A DNA stretch of 48,522 nt from Chrysochromulina tobinii (lineage: Eukaryota). The stretch's first letter is position 1, and every line of letters starts with the position of its first letter. The stretch is taken from positions 1 through 48,522 of the forward strand of contig JWZX01002568.1 of the NCBI GenBank assembly GCA_001275005.1. Direction: 5' to 3'. Positions 41,286 to 48,522 of this stretch are shown in pieces. Under the pieces are notes generated by a model. It had not been told where the DNA came from. It saw only the letters and a list, made by a program, of their open reading frames with translations, and ran no database searches. The position numbers and the translations under genes were made by a program.

Positions 41286-43403
41286 ATGAGTGACTCGCAA
41301 TATGCCGCTGCCGAGACGCTCACGCGACGTGGCATGGAAGAATCAATTCGCCTGCTAGACGAGCAGCTCGCGCGCGTCTCACAGCGCTGCGAGCGCGAGG
41401 CGACGGGCCGCCGCGAGGCTGAGCGGCAGTGCGCCACGCTCTCGGCCGAGCTCGAGAGCGTTCGCACTGAGCTGGCCCATGCCACGCAGGAGCGCAACGT
41501 TGAGGACTCGGAACGCGCCTACCGGGAGCGTGATCGGTACGACACCATGCGCAAGCTCGAGGGCGCCCTCGCCGACCGTGCGGCGTTCGAGGCCTCAGGC
41601 GCCGAGCTCAAGAGCGAGGTTGAGGTGATGGCTCAGCGACTCGAGGCGGAGGGGCGCGCGCGCGCCGCGCTGCAGGAGTCGTTCGCGCTCGTCGAGCGTG
41701 AGCTCGCCGAAGCGCGCGAGCGCACCGCGCAGCACCGCCAGCAGAGCCTCGACCTTCAGGACACGCAGCGCTCGCTCGAGACGCAGCTGCGGGACGCGTT
41801 GCGCGCCACGGCGGACAAGACATCGGAAGCGACCGAATTGAGCACGGCGCTGCGCGATGCGAACTCGGAGCTCGAGCTCGTGCAGCGCCGGCACGCCGCC
41901 GAGGCCGAGGCGCGCCAAGGCCTTCAGGCCGCCGAGCAGCTGCGCGTAGAGGAGCTTAACGAGGCGCACCGCGCAGCGCAGTTGCAAGCCCGCATGGTCG
42001 CGGATCTCCAGCAGGCGGAGGTTGAGCTGAGCGCGAGCCTTCAGAGCACGCGCGCGCAGCTCCAGCAAGCTCTGGCGGAGCGCGCCGAGGTGGAGCGCGA
42101 GCATCGCCGCCTTGCGAGCATTACCGACCGGGCTGCGGGGCGCGTGGCCGAGGTTGAGCGCGCGAAAGCAGAGGCGCTCGCCGCGGGGCAACGCGCCACC
42201 GAGGAGGCCCGAGAGCTTCGTGCGGCGCTCGAGGCTCTGAGCGCGCGCGAGCGGGTAGGCGAGGCACAGCGCACGGAGCTCGCATCCACCAACGAGATGC
42301 TGCGCAGCCGGCTCGATGCGGAGGTGAGGGCACGTGCGTCTCTCGAGGATGCGCTGCGCGCCGTGCGGGGCGCCGCTGCCACGTCACGCTCGTCGTTCGC
42401 GCCGCAGCCGCAGCCGCCGCAGCCGCCACGGCCGTCGCCAGCGCCGCCGCCCTCGACCATGTCGTACGAGCTCGCGCCGTCGCCCGCCACATTCCTGCCG
42501 CCACCGCCGGCATACCGCGGAGCCCCTACAGCGTCCGCGGCGGCACGAGCGTTGGCAGGTGAGCTGCAAACCATGCATCGGTCGTCGGCCGTCGGCGGCA
42601 AGAGCGCTAACGGTGGTGTGGGTGGCGGCTGGACGGGCTACGGCCACGGCACAATCTACGGCGCTACTGGCTACGGCGCAACGAGCCACGACGAAGGCGA
42701 CACCTTTGCCGATAGCGGCTTCAATGGCGGCAGTACCGGTAGCAGATACGACCGCGGCGTGGCGGCGGTCGAGGCGGCGGCAGCGGAGGCGGCGGAGAGC
42801 GAGGGCGCCGCGATGCTCTCGCGCATTAAGGAGGAGATGAAGCTCAACCCGCGTACCTCTTCCTTCGATCCGCAGCTCCGCGCCGTCCGCGAGGCCTTGG
42901 CTGCAGAGACGTCGGCAGCGCCGCCCCGGCCGGTGCCCGCCGACTCGCCGCTAGAGACCCGCAAGCAACAATTGTCCGAGGAGCTCAAGAAGCTCAAAGC
43001 TCGGCTGCAGCCGATGGGCCCGCCGCCTTCGCGCCCGGCACGGGGTGCGGCGGCGGCCGCCACCCCTGCACCACCCGTGGAGGGAGCCGATAACGGACTT
43101 CCCGCACAACCAGTGTTCTCGTGCGACCCGACGTGCAGCCCCGTTGTCCGCGGCGGCGCGGGTTCGACGTACGCCGCCACGCCCGCCACGCAGCTCGGCC
43201 CGCCGCCATCGAAAGCGCCGCAGGCGTACGTGCCGTCGCTGCCGAGCGAGCGCATTCGGGCGCTCGCGGGCACCCCTACGGCCGAAGAGCTCCCTATGAG
43301 TCCAGGCCACCGCAGTGCTGCCCTCAGTGGGCTCGAGCTCTCGCAGCGGCAGCTCGAGGACAAGCTCGCGGCGCTCAAGCGGAAGCTAGAGGCCGAGAGC
43401 TGA
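41286..43403 (+). CDS. Long coiled-coil protein with Pro-rich C-terminal half
   Basis: 705-aa ORF; about 350 aa of continuous E/R/A/L/Q heptads followed by Pro-rich segments and short coils. Confidence 0.8.
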   Translation: MSDSQYAAAETLTRRGMEESIRLLDEQLARVSQRCEREATGRREAERQCATLSAELESVRTELAHATQERNVEDSERAYRERDRYDTMRKLEGALADRAAFEASGAELKSEVEVMAQRLEAEGRARAALQESFALVERELAEARERTAQHRQQSLDLQDTQRSLETQLRDALRATADKTSEATELSTALRDANSELELVQRRHAAEAEARQGLQAAEQLRVEELNEAHRAAQLQARMVADLQQAEVELSASLQSTRAQLQQALAERAEVEREHRRLASITDRAAGRVAEVERAKAEALAAGQRATEEARELRAALEALSARERVGEAQRTELASTNEMLRSRLDAEVRARASLEDALRAVRGAAATSRSSFAPQPQPPQPPRPSPAPPPSTMSYELAPSPATFLPPPPAYRGAPTASAAARALAGELQTMHRSSAVGGKSANGGVGGGWTGYGHGTIYGATGYGATSHDEGDTFADSGFNGGSTGSRYDRGVAAVEAAAAEAAESEGAAMLSRIKEEMKLNPRTSSFDPQLRAVREALAAETSAAPPRPVPADSPLETRKQQLSEELKKLKARLQPMGPPPSRPARGAAAAATPAPPVEGADNGLPAQPVFSCDPTCSPVVRGGAGSTYAATPATQLGPPPSKAPQAYVPSLPSERIRALAGTPTAEELPMSPGHRSAALSGLELSQRQLEDKLAALKRKLEAES

Positions 43404-44656
43404 AGGCAGTCATCGAGGTGGACGCGGTGTCTCATAATCGGCCATCGTCAAAGTCTCGTCAATCTCATCAAAGTCTCATGCGGATCGGGTTACCGTATCT
43501 ATTCGCCGGGTGTCGCGGTGCGCGCCCACGCGGCACTCTGAGAAGGCGGTGATTGTGTAGTGATTGTGTGGGCCATGTGGGCAACAGAGAAAGGCACACG
43601 GCCGGGTGTGCTCGCACATGTGTGGGGCGCGAATGGCTGCCGGCGGTGTGGCCGCTGCGACGTGCGACCCGCGGACAGGGCCCAAGGGAGTCCGTGCCGC
43701 GTGCGCCGCGGCCGCCGCGCTCCGTCGGCCCTCTCAGGAGTGTTTCACTCAGTGTTTGGAATGCCCGGTCTGGTCAGGGATTGGGGAAGAATTAAAGGCA
43801 AACCAAAACTCAACGTACCTCTCTACACAATTAACGCATACAGATTTAGCGCCGATACATATGTATATGCATACACAACGAGCGTCCGAGACAACAGACA
43901 TTGACACGTCGGGACGCGGGGGCCCGGAACGGAAGGCGGAAGCGACACACTCAGCGCGACCTCGTCGTCCTGGGCTCCTGGCTCCCGTCTGCGGCGTGTA
44001 CGCACACCGTCAGTACAAGCTACAACCTACGGCTCTTAGATACGCTCGTTGTCCGATTACTTACTTGCATGTACGTTGTACCGCGGGGCCCGTGCGAGTC
44101 ACGAGACGTGTGCCGGATAAGACATAAGAGATACGAGTGCCGGATCGGGGCGGGGGATGCGGCGACATCCTCGTTCGATAATCGATATTGTTCGACTACG
44201 GAGACGTTTCCGATACGCACGTCACATGCATGCGCGCGCATACAACCAAGCATCTACATGTAGCATGTCGGCATACAATTCATTCCCCAAGAACTCAGGC
44301 AACACCGGGATATCAACACCCAACGGGAATCGGGATATCAACACACACGGATCGCCAAAAGCACACATAAGAATCCAGTTCTGAGTTTCTCATGTGCTGA
44401 ACAAGCCGAACACTAACCCCGCGTGTCCGCCATGGATACCGCTGCTGCTCGGATATGGCCGCTGCCGATTACGCCGCTGCCGAGTCCACTCAGACTCTCT
44501 GTCCGCAATCCCCGCTCGACTTCCGAAAGCGCGCCCTCATGCTCCCCGCGCCTTCCTTCCCCACCTCTCCCCCCCCTTGACGCCCCCAGTGCCAACACAC
44601 TGCTTCCCGCCGTGCACGTTATACCGTGCACAGCGCGCTCGCTCCCACATTCCGCT

Positions 44657-47600
44657 TCAGCTCTTGATCGACTTGATCACCTCAATCATGATCGTGACCA
44701 GCAGGTTGAGCGATTCGACGATGACCTCGCCGCACAGGTTGGCGCAGAACGCGCTCGCGAATAGCATGGGCATCCCCTTGGATGCGAGGATGATCATCGG
44801 CTCATTCAAAAAGAACCGCAAGCCACAGGAGAAGAGCCACGTCCTGATGAGCTCAACCGTATCGCCCGGTACGTGAGTTGAAACCTCGCCCTCCTCGAGA
44901 GGCGGCAAATATGGATTCTTGGCCGGGTCTTGCGGCTCGAAGAGCGAGCAGCCAAACAAGAGGGTCATCAACAGGAAGATCCCGAACATCCCGATGGACA
45001 GGCCCCAGCCGAGGAGGATGTGCCTCATGCCAGGCCAGTCCTTGTTCTTCAATGTATACGAGAGCGACGCCTTCAGAAGCCCATCGTTGAGGCTCTCGTA
45101 GGAGAAATTCCTCGCTGCCGAGTTGGCGGCCAGCCTGGGCGCCTCGGCCTTGGCAGCCTCGCCTGCAGCCTCGCCCTTGTCGGCCTGATTGTCGGCCTGA
45201 TTGTTGTCCTTGGCGGAGGTCTTACGCACGTTGACGCCGTGTCTACCGACACGCATGTGCGTCTTCGTTTTCTTCATGACAGGCTCAGGCGCCGCGGGAG
45301 CCTCGTCGGCGGCGCTCAGGTCGTGAATGACCTGCGCAAACTCGCTCAGGTCCAGCTTTCCGTTGGGCTTATCATCATACGAGCTCATGATGCGCCCGGC
45401 CTCGGCAGTGCTTAAGTTGAGGCCGTGGTGCTCGAGCGCCTTGCGCAGCTCCTGGATTTCGAGGTACCCGCTGTCATTTGCATCGAAGCGCGCAAAGGTC
45501 TGCTTCACCTTGGGAGCCTCTTCGGCGGCGCTCAGGTCGCGAACGGCCTGCGCAAACTCGCTCAGGTCCAGCTTTCCGTCGGGCTTGTCGTCGTACACGC
45601 TCATGATGCGCCCGGCCTCGTCGGTGCTTAAGTTGAGGCCGTAGTGCTCTAGCGCCTTGCGCAGCTCCTGGATTTCGAGGTACCCGTTGTGACTCACGTC
45701 GAAGCGCGCAAACGTCTGCTTCACATTGGCCGACACGGGTGGCGATGCGACGGCCGTCGAAGTTGGATCCTCGCCCGAGTGTTCGGCGACCTTGGCGCTC
45801 CTGCGCTTGCACATAACGCGCAGCCACCTGTAGCACTTCTCGAGGCGCTTCCAGACAAGCCAGTATGGCCAGCAAAGGTAGAACCACGCCATGTTCTTGC
45901 ACACGTTGACGAGGATGATCGGATCGAAGAGCCACGTGAGGATCAGGCCCATCGGAATGCAGATGGAGGCTGCGACGCCGGCCCCAAAGATCATGGCGAT
46001 CGGGTTGATCACGACGGCGGGTCCCTCCGGCTCGATAGGCACTCCGGTGACATTGTCCGTAGGCAGCGGCGGTGGCGCTGGCAACAAGAGCAGGAGCATG
46101 ACGAGCTCGAAGGCGAAGCCATTGACGAGGATCATCACTGTCTGGGCGCGTGTGAAGCCCGGCACCCCCCGCGTCGTGATGCCGGCGCAGAGCGAATGGT
46201 TATACATGCATGCGAGGCACAGGCGCTTCCACACCCTGTCGACGTCCTTGTGCCAGCGCTTGGTGAGCAGCGTAGCGTTCGTCTTGTGCTTCGCTTGCTT
46301 CCAACGCTGCAGGCCAGTCGGCTTGGCGCCGCCGCCAAAGGCAGCAAGGACGGAGGCGGTCGCCGCCGAAGGGGCGGCCGCAGGGTCCGCGGCGGAGGCG
46401 GGCGAGGGATCGCCGAGTGCGCCGGCGCCAACTACAGCTGGCCCAGCAGCCCTCGTTGATGCAGTGGCGAGGGACGCCATGGCGCTGGTTGATTCAGTCA
46501 ATGGCGTGGCCACACCCACGGGGTCAGAGAGGGATATGATCTCTGTCGAGCCATCTGAAGGGGCCGGGGAAGAGGAAAGGAGCTCGGTGATGCGTGGCAT
46601 ACGCGACGTGACAAACTGAGGAGCGTGCACGGTGCCCGCCCTCGACGTGTTGGTCGTCGAGGTCGTCGTCTCCCTGAGCTCTTTGGTGATGGTCGTGACG
46701 ATGGTCGTTGTCGTCGTCGAGACGGTCTCCTCCTCCGCAACGTGAGCAACATGTTCGGGTGGTGATGGCGGCGGTGAGGCGATGGCTGACGCAGACGCTG
46801 GCACCACCTTGGGCGCACTCATCTGCGATGACAGAGCTCCCATAGATCTGAGAGACTTCAGGCCAGTAGCCTTTGGCATCGTCGTCGCGACGTTTGTGGC
46901 CGGAGCCGCCGTCTGCTGCTTGCGCAGGGTCCTCTTTTCCATGGACTGATTCAGCTTTGCCTGGCGCCTGCGCTTCTCTTCATTCTGCTTACCCGAGAGG
47001 AGGGCGAGCGTGTCGTGCATCTGGCGCCGGTCGTTGCGCACCCCGTTGCCGACCAGCACGATGAGCATGGCCACCAGCAAGAAAATGAGGTACCAGACGT
47101 TGCGCACCGTGTGCCACGAGCGATAAAACGCGCACTCAATGTCACCCATGTCCAGGCTGTTGAACGCGACTGCTTCCAGCAGGAGAGCAAGCAATTCTTC
47201 TGCCGACGTCGGGAACTCGATGGCGATGAACTCGGTCAGGTGGGTGCACGAGCAGCCCACGGAGCCGTCGGCGCCCATTATCGTGGCGCAGCCATCGGTC
47301 GACCAGCTGCGGCTGGTCTCGTTCCAGAACTTGCACTCGACGGTCGTGCCGCACGCCCTCGCCGCAGCCGAGAACGGGTTGGGTACGCCCACGCACGGCG
47401 CTTGGCCGGCACCCGCGGCCGGCGACTGGTACGCGAGGCTGATGTTGATCGGCGAGGGCGCGTCCTTTACGGAGAGCTCCGCGCCCCGTTGGGAGATCTT
47501 GATCGAGACGGTCGGACCGGCCGACGACGTGGCGTTGCCCCCGTCACGGCCCTCACCGTCGTCGCCGCCAGCGTCGCTGCTGCTACCGCTCTCGCTCGTC

Positions 47601-48522
47601 AGCCGGCGGTTCCGGCGCCGCCGACGGCGCTCGGCGGCGCTGCTTCCGCCTAGCCCGCCGTGCAGGTTGACCCGCGAGGTGTGGAGGACGGCCGCAACTG
47701 GCACCGACGGATCGAGCCCAGGAATGCCGCCGATCAGGTCAGCGGGCACCGCGACGGCAGCCGCGACGCCCGTGCCCGAGTCGCACGAGATGGGCTCCGC
47801 GGCGAGCGCGCTGGGGGAGCGCACGTTGATGGTCATGTTGAGATTGGCCGAGGACAGCACCACGGGCTCGGCGATGCCGCTGCTCGGAACGGTCACTGAC
47901 GCGAGGGCGGCCGTGGTGGCGGCGCGCGCCATCTGTTCGACGGCGGCGCCGATTTGCTCGCCGGCGCTTGCCGAGGAGGCGGAGCCATCGGAGGCAGCCA
48001 TCAGCCCAAAGAGCGAGGATAGACCACTCGTGACGGCCTGGGCGGCGACGGTGTCGAGCTGCTGCACGGTCGCAAGTACCGCCGCCAACTCGGTGGCCGC
48101 GGTCGCCGTGGCCGCGGCCAGGTCCTCGGCGGCCTCGTCACTGATATCGTCGCCGCCCAGGGGCAAGCCGCCGCCAATGCCTACGGTGAGGGAGGCGAGC
48201 ACCTCCATCAGAGGCCGCAAGGGGGGCGGCGGCAGCGAGGGAGGAGGCGGGGGTGTGGCTGGAGGCGGAGGCGGAGGCGGCGACGAGGGTGGTGGCGGCG
48301 GACGCTGCGGACCGCCAAGCGGTGCTCTGGGAGGCGCCCGGGGCGTCGGCGACGATGGCGGCGGCGGCGATGGTGGAGGGCACATCGGTGGCGGCTTCTT
48401 TGGCGGCGGCGGCGACGGTGGTGGCCGCGTCGGGGGCGGCTTCGACGGAGGCGGCCTTGCGCCGCCCGGGTGCAGAGGCGGCGGGCGGCCAGGCGGCGGA
48501 TGGTCAGGCGGGGGCGGCGAGG
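44657..48522 (-). CDS. GAIN/GPS-domain polycystin-1 (PKD1)-like membrane protein with four EF-hands; N-terminus off right edge
   Basis: GPS CKFWNE....WSTDGC......GCSCTHLTEF (~47228-47336); PKD1-like H......PGFTRAQ before TM2; about five hydrophobic helices; EF loops DVSHNGYLEIQE and DDKPDGKLDLSE duplicated; SPPPP-rich frame open to 48520. Confidence 0.85.
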   Translation of the reverse strand, partial: SPPPPDHPPPGRPPPLHPGGARPPPSKPPPTRPPPSPPPPKKPPPMCPPPSPPPPSSPTPRAPPRAPLGGPQRPPPPPSSPPPPPPPATPPPPPSLPPPPLRPLMEVLASLTVGIGGGLPLGGDDISDEAAEDLAAATATAATELAAVLATVQQLDTVAAQAVTSGLSSLFGLMAASDGSASSASAGEQIGAAVEQMARAATTAALASVTVPSSGIAEPVVLSSANLNMTINVRSPSALAAEPISCDSGTGVAAAVAVPADLIGGIPGLDPSVPVAAVLHTSRVNLHGGLGGSSAAERRRRRRNRRLTSESGSSSDAGGDDGEGRDGGNATSSAGPTVSIKISQRGAELSVKDAPSPINISLAYQSPAAGAGQAPCVGVPNPFSAAARACGTTVECKFWNETSRSWSTDGCATIMGADGSVGCSCTHLTEFIAIEFPTSAEELLALLLEAVAFNSLDMGDIECAFYRSWHTVRNVWYLIFLLVAMLIVLVGNGVRNDRRQMHDTLALLSGKQNEEKRRRQAKLNQSMEKRTLRKQQTAAPATNVATTMPKATGLKSLRSMGALSSQMSAPKVVPASASAIASPPPSPPEHVAHVAEEETVSTTTTTIVTTITKELRETTTSTTNTSRAGTVHAPQFVTSRMPRITELLSSSPAPSDGSTEIISLSDPVGVATPLTESTSAMASLATASTRAAGPAVVGAGALGDPSPASAADPAAAPSAATASVLAAFGGGAKPTGLQRWKQAKHKTNATLLTKRWHKDVDRVWKRLCLACMYNHSLCAGITTRGVPGFTRAQTVMILVNGFAFELVMLLLLLPAPPPLPTDNVTGVPIEPEGPAVVINPIAMIFGAGVAASICIPMGLILTWLFDPIILVNVCKNMAWFYLCWPYWLVWKRLEKCYRWLRVMCKRRSAKVAEHSGEDPTSTAVASPPVSANVKQTFARFDVSHNGYLEIQELRKALEHYGLNLSTDEAGRIMSVYDDKPDGKLDLSEFAQAVRDLSAAEEAPKVKQTFARFDANDSGYLEIQELRKALEHHGLNLSTAEAGRIMSSYDDKPNGKLDLSEFAQVIHDLSAADEAPAAPEPVMKKTKTHMRVGRHGVNVRKTSAKDNNQADNQADKGEAAGEAAKAEAPRLAANSAARNFSYESLNDGLLKASLSYTLKNKDWPGMRHILLGWGLSIGMFGIFLLMTLLFGCSLFEPQDPAKNPYLPPLEEGEVSTHVPGDTVELIRTWLFSCGLRFFLNEPMIILASKGMPMLFASAFCANLCGEVIVESLNLLVTIMIEVIKSIKS
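45296..45724 (-). repeat. 216-bp internal tandem duplication of an EF-hand pair
   Basis: VKQTFARFD...DLSAAEEAP starts at 45724 and again at 45508, with high nucleotide similarity. Confidence 0.95.

Noticed and set aside
1548..48383. Many long antisense or alternate-frame ORFs (e.g. 1548..2993, 24592..25833, 32429..33469)
   Set aside because: Expected shadow ORFs in high-GC coding DNA; Arg/Ala/Pro-rich with no motifs.

Overview
Gene-dense, GC-rich eukaryotic nuclear DNA with very few introns. Bipartite plastid and thylakoid-type presequences, Pro/Ala-rich proteins, CCCTAA-bearing intron sequence and gene style point to a haptophyte alga (Chrysochromulina/Prymnesium-like; inference). About 25 protein-coding loci are present: an N-acylated HECT E3 ligase, a delta-9 desaturase, a broken WHEP-TGT/PTEN-C2 chimera, a GT8-like/GT47 fusion, SDHB, a FemAB-like GNAT, Mpv17/PMP22, SCI1-like, frataxin-like, a Tudor-DDT-MBD-WHIM-PHD chromatin protein, an ANK-RCC1 (IBTK-like) protein, PTC7 ending in SKL, a plastid alpha/beta-hydrolase, a GT2-like protein, and a GPS/PKD1-like EF-hand membrane protein that runs off the right edge. 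No rRNA, tRNA, CRISPR array or recognisable transposase was found. The most notable signal is that two of the three inferred introns have the CAG|GTG junction plus flanking exon sequence duplicated at both ends, with telomere-like filler inside. This suggests intron birth by tandem duplication of splice-site-containing exon sequence. All domain calls are by eye from motifs, not from database searches.
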